Assembly (NCBI RefSeq): GCF_023055435.1
Contig: NW_025963791.1
Location: 2,604,001-2,668,000, forward strand
DNA from: Haliotis rufescens
Lineage: Eukaryota
DNA length: 64,000 nucleotides
Reading direction: 5' to 3'
The notes below the pieces were generated by a model. The model ran no database searches, was not told the DNA's origin, and saw nothing but the letters and a program-made list of their open reading frames with translations. The position numbers and the translations under genes are program-made. Positions 11,340 to 24,910 of this stretch are shown here, one piece after another. Position 1 is the stretch's first letter; every line of letters begins with the position of its first letter.

Positions 11340-14300
11340 ATATGTTGTGCAAGCATCGCTGTGACACTTAAGTTCGTGAGATATGACCATGTCGGTGAAC
11401 GCAGGATGGCAAATGGAAGATGTTGTACTACGTTCTTTTCGAAGTGCATAGTTCCATGTGATCCGTCGATAAGAGTGTGTGTTTCGTCTCAAACAATAAC
11501 AGGGTAAATATATACAACACTTAAAGAGCGAGTGAGATGGATAATGCCGTTTTGAACAGTATGCAGCTCTACCACGGCGTGTCCGCTTATGTGGGAGGAA
11601 AATCCGAAGTGATGCATGAAACAGACGTTTGCCACTTTGGTGAAACCTACAAGCACGGGTATGGTGCTGACAAACCTAGAAACTTATTCGGGGTAAACCG
11701 GGATTCGAACCAACGATTATAGGTTCCTGGCGTGTCCAAGGGAAGCAACTCCATGCCATACCTCCGACATTATAAAAACGTCCTTGTTTGTGTTAAAGAA
11801 CATGATTCAAGTCGGTCCTTCCTCCAACTTTAACATAACTCGTGAATTGATTAAATAGCATTAAAAACGGCGATAAACCCCTAATCAGTCACTCTTTTCA
11901 GAATGTGTAATATATATAAAGGAGAGACGAAACAGTTCGGACGCATGAAGACAATCACTTTTGACAATAACATGGGAGCTGTACCAAACCCTCTCGTACT
12001 TCCAGTGGGCCAATGGGAGGTATGTGTATTAATTTTGTAGATACAGTTTTAATGATTGTTACTCGCTCTCTTTGTCTTCACATTTGCATGCATGGGTAAC
12101 TTGAAAGTTTGTTTGATTGTGGGTTTATTTAACGCCGCTTTCAGCAATATTCAAGCTACAAGGCGGCGGTCTGTAATAAATTGAGTCTGGACCAGACAAT
12201 CCAGTGATTGGCATGAGCACCGATCGACTCATTTGGGATAAGATGACATGCTAACTAAGTCATCGAGTCTGACCACCCGATCCCGTAAGTCGACTCTTAC
12301 GACAAACATATGGGTTGCTGAAAACCAATTCTAACCCGGATCTTCACGGGTATGAAACGAAAATACGACCCTTGAACCTTGGCCTATCCACGACTTATTT
12401 CAGATAATTAATCTTGATTTCATGAATCATACCTTTAACCTTAACTAAATGTGTTTAGTTCTGTAGTTACATGTGGTTCACAGTAAAGCTTCTTATAGAT
12501 ATTTTATTCATTTCAATCCTTACAAATAAATACTTTATACCGTATTGCCAGATGGCATGTGGCCGAGTCAGAATTCTAATATAATGTTTACCACTCTAAT
12601 GATAGATCCAGAAAGGTGTGACAAGTGTATTTTGTTATTTTCACGATGACACAATATCCCAATACCAAGTTTTGTTGATACTGATACCATATTTTTATCC
12701 AAAAGGAAGGTTTGTATTTCATCTTTACCGTTAACAACGGAGGTGAAGGAAAAAAACCTTCATTGATGGAACGCCTTAATTGGCACCTCAACAAAACACA
12801 GATAGTGTATCAAGGCATTGGGAAGATATCTCCGCATAAAATATCCGGAAAACATGTTGTGTAAGTATGTCATTGGCACACAAATACATGTACCTACAGA
12901 CATGCTAGGCTGGAGCTTCATAGAGTATTTTTTGGACGCGTTTTTCATTTGATATTTCATGTTGAACACGTATCACGTCACAGAGCAAGGTTGCATGGAC
13001 ATCACGTAAAATATGCTATCGTTGTAGTGTCGAAATTTACAGACGTCTGATTAAACTAGTATCATGATTGGGTGGAACTTTAAAGACGTCACGTGAAACA
13101 TGTACATAGTATCATGATTGGGAATAACTTTAAAGACGCCACGTAGAACCAGTATCGTGACTGGGTAGAACTTTGAAGACGTCACGTGGAACATAGTATC
13201 ATGATTGGGAAGAACTTAAAGACGTCGCGTTGATCCAGTTCCGGACAGAGTAGGACTTTATAGACGTCACGTGGAACACAATATCGTGATACGATAGAAC
13301 TGTTCAAAAGTGATTTGGAATTAGTGTCGTTATAGGTTCGAACTGTACGAATATCACGTGGACCCAACATCGTTATATATTAGAACTGTAAGGGTATCAC
13401 TCGGACCATAAACCTCGATACAGTGTAAAGTGACATGATCCCAGTATGTGACAGTACTTGTTTTAACATGCATGTCGGTTCTCAGTGCCGTCGGCTTTGG
13501 TCAGTAAGGTCACTTTGCTTAACATTTCAATGCATAATAATTAAATGGACAATCACATTAAAGAACCCGTGAAGATCTGGGTTAGATGCAACCAATGCTT
13601 GCCGTAAGAGGCGCCTTTGCCTGTCGTAAAAGGCGACTATTTGGATCGGGTAGTCAGGCTCGCTGACTTGGTTGATTCATGTCATCATATCCCAATTGCG
13701 TAGATCCATGCTCATGATGTCAAACACTTGATTGTCTGGTCCAGACTGGATTATTTACAGACCGCTGTATTAAGCTTGAATATTGTTTGAAACAACAAAC
13801 AAACAAAGAACAATATTAAAGTATCGGCATTTATGGCATTGTGATCCAAATATTCGGAAAAATATAAAATTGTCAATTTAATTGTAATTATAAACCATTT
13901 CAGTCAGACTGCGATGCTTATTTTTGTTGATATCAGGTTGACACTTCACATTGGTATTGACTGCTCCAAGGATTTCTACGGGAAGCAATGCAAAGTATAC
14001 TGCAAAGACTCGGATGACCAGACAGGGCATTACAACTGTGAGGACGATGGACACAAGCTCTGTATGAAGGGTATGTACGTAATGGGTTAGAATTGGTCTC
14101 CAGCAACATGTGCTGGTCGCAAGTGGCGACTTAATGGACCGGGTGGTGAGACTTGGTGACATTGGTTGATGGCGTGTCATCGTACCCGACGGCGTGGAGC
14201 ATTGCTCACACTATCAATCAAAGGATTGTCTGGTCCAGACTCGATTGTTTACAAACCGCTGCCGTCATTAAGCTGGAATATTTCCGTGGTTATTGCGTTA

Positions 14301-17300
14301 AACAATAAACATACACAGAGTGTATACGCGTGTATATTCAGACATTTGATTTATTTATGACGCAGGATAATAGAATACAAAAAAAAAAACACACGAAGCA
14401 CACGAGACCTATCCTCATATGTTCTGAAGCCAATGTTAAAAATATATGAGGTTTTGGTCATCACTAAAGTGTTTATTTGTGATGTCTTATCACAGATGAG
14501 GTAAACATTGTTACTGATAGAGGAATATCTTAATATACTGTTTGCTTTGCTAACACCACCTCGTTTGGTGAGATTGTCCTATTTAAAACCATGTCTTACT
14601 GCAAGAATGTCCTATTTAAAACCATGTCTTACTGCAAGGATTTAATTCCGGTGGAAAGTACTCAAACGCAACGCATCGGTGCAAAGTATGTTAGTATTAT
14701 TTTCTGAAGCAAAAAAATGCAGTTTAATGTAAAGGAATACTTAAATTTAAAAATCTTAAAATTATCGTAAGACAGTTGCTTTGTAAAAGTATTAATTATG
14801 GACAACAAATCCATTATCGCGCAAATGGCAAGCATTAGGTATGGTAAGTGTAAAGGATCTCATTTCATCAGGTTGCTGAAGATCTCGACAAAACAATAAG
14901 TGTGATTTCAGTGTTATTGAATCTGCATAGAATAACTGGTGATGTGAAAATGCGGCGTGATCGTTGTATACCTAAAACATCTACAACAGAGTGCAGAAAC
15001 AATTGCAAGACTTAAGCGTTAACGTTTGTCTCACATCACCACCATGCATTCACGCTTTCAACCAATACTTTGCTCTAGAATAATGCGTGGAACTTGAAAA
15101 TGGAAAATGATTAATTATCTTTTTTGTTTCAATTGTATTTACACTTAAGGGTGGAAAGGCAGTAATTGCACCGAGCAAGAGAACGCCTGTGACGGTAACA
15201 GCTGTCAAAACAATGCCACGTGTTACATCACGAAAGGACCAATTGCAACATATCGATGTGAATGCACTTCAGCCTATACAGGTATGTTACAGTCTTAAAG
15301 TAAATTTAGATAGTTCTCACTGTTTTCTATGAAACATTTTATAATTTTGTTTTCACAAGTACGCGCATACTAGTAATAATAATACGAAATGTACAGCAAT
15401 CTTCCAACCACAAGTTTGTGATTTTAACGATGCTAATTCGGCCTGACATAATTTCTCTTATCAAGTGATTTTTTTTTGGATACATATTTCAATATGAAAC
15501 TGTAGGAACGTACTGTACAGAACGCTGGAACATCCTGAGGAATGCAACGATTGCTCAAGAAACATCAACGCTCGCACCAACGACTCGTGTGCATCCCAAA
15601 CCTACACCAGCATATACGGCATCAACGAGGCCTCCGACATACTCAAAGACATGTACACCTTCACAAGGTATATATGGGGATGCGGGTAGCCCAGTCGTCT
15701 GAGGTGGCGCAATTTGCTGTGATTATGGGTTCGAATCCCGGTTCGCATCGTCAATAATTCACAGGTTTATCTGGCTACGATCCTCCATCTAGGTGAGGTG
15801 AGGTGAAATGGGGTTTAATTTCCAATATCATTGCACTTGAATAGCGACGTGCATGCGCGCGCGCGGGCGTGTGTGTGTTACGTGTGTGTGTGCGGCTGTT
15901 TGTGCAAGTCCGGACTAATGCCGATTTTATAGATCTAGCCCACGGAGATACCATGTCGCAGTTTAAGATGAATACCCCACTCGGACACAGTAGACTGACT
16001 CCGAGCCGACCAGTCCTGTCCCCTTATTTACGAGCGCCAGGCAGGGTAACAACAAATATCACCTTATTACTTTTTTTGGTAAAGCGGCCAGGGATCGAGT
16101 CCGGGCGGACGCTCTACCACTAGTCCACGGAGGCGGTCTACCTCCATCAAAGGCATAGTAGCTATATAGTGTTTACAAAACCAATGAAGTATTGACGATG
16201 CCCTGTTCGCCCTGAAATACTGTCCACAGCGGCGTTAAATCCAACTCCTTGACGTACCCACTCACAAGATATATACACAATCCGCACATTGCTTTTGAAA
16301 ACGTTTAAAAGATATCATTGTTCAATTTATCTTTTTATTTGAGTAACTATGATCGTTTCATCATATCAGAAAAGTTACAGACTGAAGTTGTGTTCCTGCA
16401 ATGTAGCGTTAACAAGTTTAACTGTAACACTACAACCACGAAACGTTGAGTGAGTCACAGTGGTGAGTCACAATTAACCCCCACCCCCACCCCACCCCCC
16501 CCCCCCCCCCCCCCCCCCCCAACGCTATATCATGATTCAATTCTAAATCAGATTCGCCCCGATGGTGGACCTTGGTCTAGATATGTCAGGACCAAATCTA
16601 ATCCGTGGATGAAGGTTTCACAACATAACGCCTTCGACGCTTCGACTTGCATGACCGGACACGCCGTGACATAACTGAACTTTTGTCAAACAAGGCGTTA
16701 ATCTTCACTGACGTACACGTAACTCACTGTTCAGTATATTGATCTCGTATTGATCTGGCTTAGCCAATTCGTCGAACAATTTGCTTGCTCTTTATATAGT
16801 CAGTCGTGTTTAATAAGGCTGTGAAACACCATAAAATAACGGGAAATACGATATGCTACATACAGCTATATGACGGCGGCCGGGAACTAATCGAGCCCAG
16901 ACAAGTCAGACAGGTGATTGATAGTATGAGCAACATCCCGGGGTTCGATGACACGCAATCAACCAAGTCACCGTATCCGCCCAATGTGTCTCCTCTTACG
17001 ACCAGCAGACTTTGCTGGGGACCTATTCTGAGCCGGAATTCCAACGGGGTTGTGACTTATAAAGCCTGCTAATGGTCTACCATTTTCCTATGACATTGTT
17101 TTCCAGCCTTACAGTTCGGGATAGATGGTCAGACGTCATCGCCCGACGTGGTTAGAAACGACATAAAACGTTTCTTGTCAGAAAGAGGCGTGAGTGACAT
17201 CTACAACGTCGACATCATTGAAAAGGATATATCAGGGTTAGTTTAAATACGTCCATATTAATCATAGGAAGCATGATGTTCGTTCATCTTTGTTTGTGTG

Positions 17301-19968
17301 TTTGTTGTTTAACGCCGCCATCAGCAATATCCAGTTATATGACAGACTATTTAGTGTTCGACATCATGAGCATCGATCCACGCAACTGGATACGATGACA
17401 TGCATCAACCAAGTCAGCGAGCCTGAACACCCGATCCCGTTAATAAGACACATAGTCGACTTTTAGGATAATCATGGAAGCTAAAGACCTACTCCAATCC
17501 GGATCTTCACGGGTTTGTCCTGCAATCCAAGCGCCTTGTAGCAGTGGTTGCCGGTCGTAGTCATCAGTCCGTTTGTCTATGTATTTCTTTAGTATACTGT
17601 GTCTGAGTGGGGTATTCATGATAAACTGCGGCGTGTATCTGAAAGGGGACACATTAAAAATAATCAAATACCCAAAGAAGCCGCCAATCCTGATTAGTTA
17701 GGAATGTGACGTTGATCAACAGTGAGGACTTAACTTTAGGGGACGTCATCTGATCTAATACCATTTGTACAACACGACTTCCTGAAGTTGAAACACCTTA
17801 TATGAAGCGTTGTGCACGAATTGATTAAAGGCTATTATTTTGTAAGGTGTATTTTCGGGTGTAGGTGTCCAGTTAGTAAAGGCGTTACTTCGTCACGCCT
17901 AAAACATGGATTAAATTATTTATGTCAATAGAAAGTGTGAAGCCTTTTCCTTGTGCAATAGTATACTGGTATATTGTAAAAAGCGGCGTGCAATACAACT
18001 GACTCACTCTGGTATATTTCAGATATAGGCATCCACATGTCCTCATTACACCACTACGTCAGCCTAACATCACTGAAAACATAGAGCTGCTAATAATAGA
18101 ACATGTGAAACACCTTACTGGACATCACCCTGAAGAACCACATTGTGTCGATATGAAACAACCACGCAACTGGATACGATGACATGCATCAACCAAGTCA
18201 GCGAGCCTGAACACCCGATCCCGTTAATAAGACACATAGTCGACTTTTAGGATAATCATGGAAGCTAAAGACCTACTCCAATCCGGATCTTCACGGGTTT
18301 GTCCTGCAATCCAAGCGCCTTGTAGCAGTGGTTGCCGGTCGTAGTCATCAGTCCGTTTGTCTATGTATTTCTTTAGTATACTGTGTCTGAGTGGGGTATT
18401 CATGATAAACTGCGGCGTGTATCTGAAAGGGGACACATTAAAAATAATCAAATACCCAAAGAAGCCGCCAATCCTGATTAGTTAGGAATGTGACGTTGAT
18501 CAACAGTGAGGACTTAACTTTAGGGGACGTCATCTGATCTAATACCATTTGTACAACACGACTTCCTGAAGTTGAAACACCTTATATGAAGCGTTGTGCA
18601 CGAATTGATTAAAGGCTATTATTTTGTAAGGTGTATTTTCGGGTGTAGGTGTCCAGTTAGTAAAGGCGTTACTTCGTCACGCCTAAAACATGGATTAAAT
18701 TATTTATGTCAATAGAAAGTGTGAAGCCTTTTCCTTGTGCAATAGTATACTGGTATATTGTAAAAAGCGGCGTGCAATACAACTGACTCACTCTGGTATA
18801 TTTCAGATATAGGCATCCACATGTCCTCATTACACCACTACGTCAGCCTAACATCACTGAAAACATAGAGCTGCTAATAATAGAACATGTGAAACACCTT
18901 ACTGGACATCACCCTGAAGAACCACATTGTGTCGATATGAAACAAGGAACAAAGGTGGGTTTTGTTAAATCATATTGTTTAAACGTTTCACAACGGGGGA
19001 TAGTGGATAGAGTATCTGCCTGGGGAAGCGGAAAGTCGCTGGTTCGATCCCTGGCCACGTCATACCAAAAGACGTTTAAATTGTGACTTGGCATCTCATA
19101 GGGCTAACACTATAAAAGACTTAAGTCTGGGCTAGCACACGTAGCCACACACACGGATGAGCAATATCCCGAATTATTTAATCATGGCTACCGAGTGGCA
19201 TTGTTTAGACAGACGGAATCAATAGAAACGACGAGTCATAGTATGACTATATCAAGACTGCATTCATTTCAGTATCTTTTTACAGTACCTTTTAAAACCA
19301 GAATCCAGACGAAATTTGGTAAACCCCTCGGATGACATATCATTGCTAATTGTCAGGGAAATTGGTTGAGTCTGGAATATGATATGGCAGAGATCAGAAG
19401 TTATCACGAACCTGTTAGTTTTACATTGTAGGGTTTCCGTTAATAGTCTTACTGTTGTATTTTATACATTCCAGGGTCACGTTCAAGCGAGATTTGATTC
19501 CAGCGAACCGCGGATTTCGTCCGCAGCTGTAGCTGGTGTATCAATGGGGATACTGCTGCTTATATGTATAATTGTGGGTACCATTATCCTGCAGAGGTAA
19601 GGATACTTGTCATGATGTTTGGTATTTTTTACGTGTGGAAGACATAACTCAGAATCCCTGACATTTCAACACATGCATAATTTAGTGGCAAGTGTATGGT
19701 AACACTAAAGCACGTTTTTTATGCCTGCAAATTAAAAACTATCCCCTAAAATCCAAACGTTATCTCCTTCAGATGCTGGGATTATAAAATATGGCCTTCA
19801 TCCCAAAGGTCAACAGAAACTGGAGCTGTTTCACATAGAAAGGAATGTCAGACGCAGTACAACGTCGATGTCTTTGTGCCGGGGAGTGATGGAGAATGTG
19901 CCGTGATTTCGTTGCCCCCAAGATCATGTTCTTTGGGCAGGATTGTTGAGGGGAAACACCGATTGTGA
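11340..19968 (+). CDS. Delta/Notch-ligand-like type I membrane protein, paralog B (MNNL/C2-DSL-EGF-Thr-rich stalk-juxtamembrane domain-TM); start exon uncertain
   Basis: Phase-compatible exons: 11340-11503 (LKFVRYDH..ANGRCC..C...CDPSIRVC, like the Delta N-terminus), 11902-12019, 12706-12860, 13937-14070 (DSL: CSKDFYGKQCKVYCKDSDDQTGHYNCEDDGHKLCMKG), 15150-15281 (WKGSNC + EGF CDGNSCQNNATC..YRCEC), 15506-15667, 17107-17236, 18807-18954, 19475-19596 (TM), 19773-19968 (stop, AATAAA immediately after). Confidence 0.88.
12108..12351 (-). mobile_element. S2 retroposon copy
   Basis: Reverse complement begins ACCCGTGAAGATCCGGGTTAGAATTGG and carries the shared tail. Confidence 0.85.
13060..13400. repeat. 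Degenerate minisatellite of about 43 bp
   Basis: Recurrent GACGTCACGTGGAACATAGTATCATGATTGGG..AACTTTA. Confidence 0.75.
13564..13806 (+). mobile_element. S2 retroposon copy
   Basis: ACCCGTGAAGATCTGGGTT...GGATTATTTACAGACCGC...(CAAA)n. Confidence 0.85.
15791..16137 (-). mobile_element. SINE S1 copy inserted within an S3 SINE
   Basis: Reverse complement matches S1; S3 head lies at about 15678-15790 and S3 tail at about 16140-16265. Confidence 0.85.
17378..18945 (+). repeat. Apparently identical 784-bp tandem duplication inside paralog B
   Basis: Units 17378-18161 and 18162-18945; identical ORFs at 17440 and 18224 in the ORF track. Confidence 0.95.
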
Positions 19969-20284
19969 ATAAAACATGAACGAGTTTGGAGATGTGTTGG
20001 ATGGAAGATATACTTGCCATATCACTTTTCAAACCCTGGACCCATTCGCTGCCATACCTTCGTTTAGAAAGTGACGTAACTGTCCGCATTCCTCCTATCA
20101 GTAGCGTCACGCATAATTTCTCTCGCTCATGAGTGTTGTTTGATTGGACGGCTATTTTTAGCGGCATCTATTTCCCAACAATGCTATAATGGCGAATATA
20201 TCTAAGGATACACTGGATAATCGAGTATGATCAAACGGTGTAACTGATTTTTTAGCTGTTTTTGACTGTAAAAAGTACAATTAT

Positions 20285-20930
20285 AAACTGAACCGCAAAA
20301 GAAACGTCACCATGGATAGCTATATGAGAAACCGTATTTGTCCAAACACTGTAAACATACTTTGAGACATATTAAAAAGATGAAGCTTTGCAAAACTGAT
20401 CAACAACGTTGAAACTAAAGTGTCAAATGTTCTTAAAAGGAAACACAACACCAGTCTCTGAGAAAATGGCATCACAAGTCAGTATCTCGTGCGTCCGCCA
20501 AGTTCATTGATGACTGCCATGCAACGTCGATACATGGAATGGATGAGGCGGTTGATGAAGGCCATAGGCACTTGAGCCTACACTCACGCAGTTCAGCTGC
20601 AGTTGTCGGCCTTGGTCGGACGTCATTGAGTCGTCTTTGAATCTCGTCCTACAGGTGCTCAATGGGATTTAAATCGGGACTGAGGGCAGGCCACTGCATG
20701 GTTCTGATGCCATTCTGCTGGAGGAAGTCTCTTGTTGCAGTGTGATGTATGGCGTGTGGTCTCAAGACTTGATCAATGTACCGAGCTGCTGTGACACCAT
20801 TGCCTCTCCCTGGACCGATGTCCTGGAGTACCACGGGGCCGACCCTCTGTGCAAGATCAAATCCACCCCACACCACGAGTCTCTCTCAACATCCGAAAAA
20901 CGTTCCCCACGGCGTCCCCAGACTCTCAAA
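20285..20930 (-). mobile_element. Truncated Tc1 relic
   Basis: ORF 20649-20876 has MVWGG and WPALSPDLNPIEHL; C-terminus GGRTRY* ends at 20479; TIR-like TA-AACTGAACCGCAAAAGAAAC near 20284. Confidence 0.85.
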
Positions 20931-21889
20931 AATATTTAATGTTTTTATTGAAGTTTAAATCCCACAGAAAAATGACATAATACGTTTCTATATAAGCAGT
21001 TCAGTAGACACAAGGGCACATTTTACGGTTGTAAAAAGTAAAATAAATCTCTGAGAGGTAACACTGTTTATAAAAGACATATTGCGCTGTAATAATGGCA
21101 ACATCGTTTCAGGGAAAGTTTGAGGTGTGAATAAAAACATATCTTAGAATCTATATTGAAATATGAACATGCAGTTGTGTTACAGTGAGAAAAATAATAC
21201 ATCAAGAAAGATGGGGTTTTATGTACCCTCGATTCTTTTATTGATGATTTTTACTTGTACCTTTTAAGTACCATTAACTGATATATGTGTAATAACATCT
21301 TCATGATAAGTGCTTCATTATACTGAATAAATGCATTGTACGTGAAATTATGTTTCTTTAATAAATTAAGTTAAACGTTACCATTTGACGCGTTCTACAA
21401 ATACCAATCCTGTCAAATATAGAATCATCCTCGACTATATATTCAGTGTATTATACATCCATTCTGTTAGAATACATACCCTGGATCTTAATCTGTCACA
21501 GGATATCTCTCGCCCATGAGTGTAAACTGGTTGGACGGGATTTTGGTTGACATGTTTATGCTTGAAAACGAATGGTAGCGAATGTGCCCATGTTATGTAT
21601 CTTCACACTGGATTATCGAGGGTGGCACAGAAGCTGACAAGTGTCAGTTTATTATTCGGTTCTTCGTACATGGAATATTTCACATTTGTCTAAAAGGAAC
21701 AGTAGTCGCTAATCGTGGGTTCGAATCTCAGACTCGACCCGATTATGAGCCTTGGTATATCAGCACCATGTGGGTGTTCACCGGGTGGAATTAATAAACT
21801 AAGTTCCATAATCATAAGAAGTCTCTGCTTAGAATCCAGTGTACGATTCCGACTACATCATAAGCATGTACTAATGAATCACTATCCAT

Positions 21890-22270
21890 TAGGGATGATA
21901 CCAGGTGTTGACAAAAAGGTGAACGTGTCCTGCCCAACCGATGGCACACGTCACAAACACATGCAAAGGCAAGTTAAATGTTCACCTGACTTATTAAGAC
22001 CTTGAATGTTGTAACCTGATCTTGATAAAACAATTTTTGAGCATGAGTCGTATGAACCTTTTTGAAAGTTTCGTGGAAAGAACCTGCTCGATTGCCCCTC
22101 AAAGGTTGTAATATGTAAGCACCTAATGCTGGAGCTGCTGGAATCATGTCGAACAGATGTGTATACTTTACTGTCACTCTAAATCTGTATGCAGAGATCT
22201 GATAAAATATAAAAGTATACCAAGCGACATCAGCCTGCATATGGCACGGTGTATGCATTCATACCTCGTT
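21890..22270 (-). mobile_element. Penelope-like retroelement RT relic
   Basis: IPAAPALGAYILQPLR..RAGSF resembles the PLE RT motif NIPAAPAYGVYISQLIRYSRAC; homologous to 50905-51330. Confidence 0.65.
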
Positions 22271-22819
22271 GCCACTCATTTATCAAACGGGCAGATGTCA
22301 ATATTAAATTATTCGTTCAGCTGGTGTTTTTCCAATCTCGATGAACTCACTGGGAGCAGAAAAGTCCGCACTACCGGGATTTTACTATGCACGAAATTGT
22401 GTACACCTGTAGACCTTTTGTGAAGTGGGAACATGTCTGTTTATTTCACCAGCCCAGTGCGGATTATCGGATTAACTTATGCTCATAGGACGAGACAACC
22501 AAATTGATCGAGTGGTCAGGCTCGATGACTTTGTGTCATCACTGATTTTCAGTGGTCCATACATATAAAAAAAATTAAATTGCCTCTTACGCCTAATGGA
22601 ATATGTTTCAGGGGATAATCGAGATGTTTCAGGGGATTTCGTGGGTCGTTGCTCAGAATATCACCAACGGTATTTCTTATCCACAGTCGATTATTTCAGG
22701 CAGCCGTCGTACAGATGGAATATTGCAGCAAACAGACAAACAGATTAAATGTTTCAATTTGAAAGAAAATGGTCGCCAGGTGACACATAATGTCCTCCTC
22801 CCAATACTCAGTTTAGTCC

Positions 22820-23620
22820 CTTCAACGTCAAGCCGTAGGCACTTGGAAGTTCTTCAACGCAAAGCCATGGGCACTTGGAAGTTCTTCAACGTCAAGCCTT
22901 AGGCACTTGGACGTTCTTCAACGTCAAGCCTTGGGCACTTGGAAGTTCTTCAACGTCAAGCCTTAGGCACTTGGAAGTTCTTCAACGACAACCTTCTGGC
23001 ACTTTGGTGGTCTTCAACATCAAGCCTCGGGTATTTGGAAGTTCGTCAACGTCCAACCTTTGGCACTTGAAAGTTCTTCAACGTCAAGCCTTTGGCACTA
23101 GGAAGTTCTTCAACGTCAAGCCTTTGGAAATGGACGTTCATCAACGTCAAGCCTTAGGCACTTGGAAGTTCTTCAACAACAACCTTCTGGCACTTGGGTG
23201 GTCTTCAACATCAAGCCTCATGCACTTGGACGTTCGTCAACGTCCAACCTTAGGCACTTGGAAGTTCTTCAACAAGCCTTGGGAACTTGGAAGGTCTTCA
23301 ATGTGAAAGCCTTAGGTACTTGGAAGTTCGTCAACGTCAAGCCTTAGGCATTTGAAGGTTTTCAATGTGAAAGCCTTAGGTACTTTGACGTTCTTCAACG
23401 TCAAGCATTAGGCACTGGGAAGCTCTTCAACAAGCCTCAGGCAACTTGCAATTGGATTTCATCAACGTCAGACCTAAGGCACTGACAAGGTCATCAACGA
23501 CAGGATTTAAGCACCGGAGGGCTCTTCATTGACAAGACGTGGGCACTTAAAAATTCTTCAGCAATGAACTTTTGGCACTGGATAGCTCTTAAACGCCAAG
23601 CCATAGGTATTTGGAAGCTT
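22820..23620. repeat. 32-bp minisatellite
   Basis: Unit CAACGTCAAGCCTTAGGCACTTGGAAGTTCTT, about 25 copies, decaying toward the 3' end. Confidence 0.92.
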
Positions 23621-24910
23621 CTCAAGTATGACGGGGTGAAATGTTTTGAGAAAATATTACAAACTTTGAAACTGAACCACTCTTATAAGAATTTGTACCA
23701 CAATAGAAATCAATTACAGTACTAAACATTTTTGCTCAGCCTTGAACTTGTTAGAATCAATGCGATGACAGCCTTTATTTGTTAAATGTCAAGTGAAACT
23801 AATATGTCGTTTGGTAATGCTTTACGGGACTTCAAAGGGTATAACAAAAGCGTTCATTACTTTTGCATGCGCCCTGGCGCAAGGGAAGGCAAGTATTACA
23901 TCTGTAGAAGGAAGATATATGGCTACAATAGAAGCAAAGGAAAGGTTACGAAATGAGTGAACCTAAATAATGTAGACAGAGAGAAAGAGGAGAGGAGGAA
24001 GAACGTTGTGCCAATTTTCTATTTTGAATTTTGAATTTAAGATATTGAGAGTCGATGCAGGTCTTAGGTGTGTAACAATTAGCAAAAGGTATTCAGGTCG
24101 AATCTCAGATTCGAACCCACAATCATGAGTTTCTGGCTCGCCTAAGGGGTGCGACTCGAGAGAAGATGCTGCAATGAATGCGAGGTAAAGAACACAAGGA
24201 CCGATCGATGAGTTAGGAGAAAGAATGTGAAAATTAAGATTGTTCGACATATATATTGCGCTGACGCTTCGCTTCATACATGAAATGTTAATGTCCAATA
24301 ATAGCTAGTTTTTACAGATTCAATGTTTTGCTCGTCATGGCCGTTCTGTTTTGTGAAATACAGATCTGAAAGCGAATCTCAAACTAACGTGTTTTTCATT
24401 GTGGAGCGAAATTTAACCTTTAATCCTAACACTGTTTATTTCCTAAGCAGTTAACAAATATTAAAATTATTGCGAAATGTTAAGAGATGCTACCATTCAG
24501 ATGAATAGTTAAGCGTTAAACGGAACGTATTCAGTTAAACTTGTAACCTTGAAGTCATCAAACAATATACCGAGGTATACATTGCTTGAGACAAGCGGCG
24601 TGCGATATTCGTCTATAGAGCCTACATGGACCTTGTCGAGGCTGTCAAGCTACACCATCGTGAATGATATATGTGAATTATGGGGTTAATATATAAAAGT
24701 TCTAAAGCTTTACATTATCAACAAATGTCGCCCTTTATGAGATGTTGTGGTCGTGGTGTCATGAGGCTTTTAAATCATAAAGCAACGAAGACGCTGGCGT
24801 TGAACGAAAACTATTGATTTATGTGTGTATGGTGAAACTTCTTCATGTATGTTTCATAACATATTAGTTCGTGTCCATGGGAACGAGAACACTAACTGTG
24901 ATATTTTCAG

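Noticed and set aside
12612-12709. Alternative C2 exon for paralog B
   Set aside because: Phase-compatible, but 12706-12860 matches paralog A in length and alignment and has a GTAAGT donor.
22603-23347. ORFs of 99, 143 and 61 aa
   Set aside because: Translations of the 32-bp minisatellite cycling through frames.
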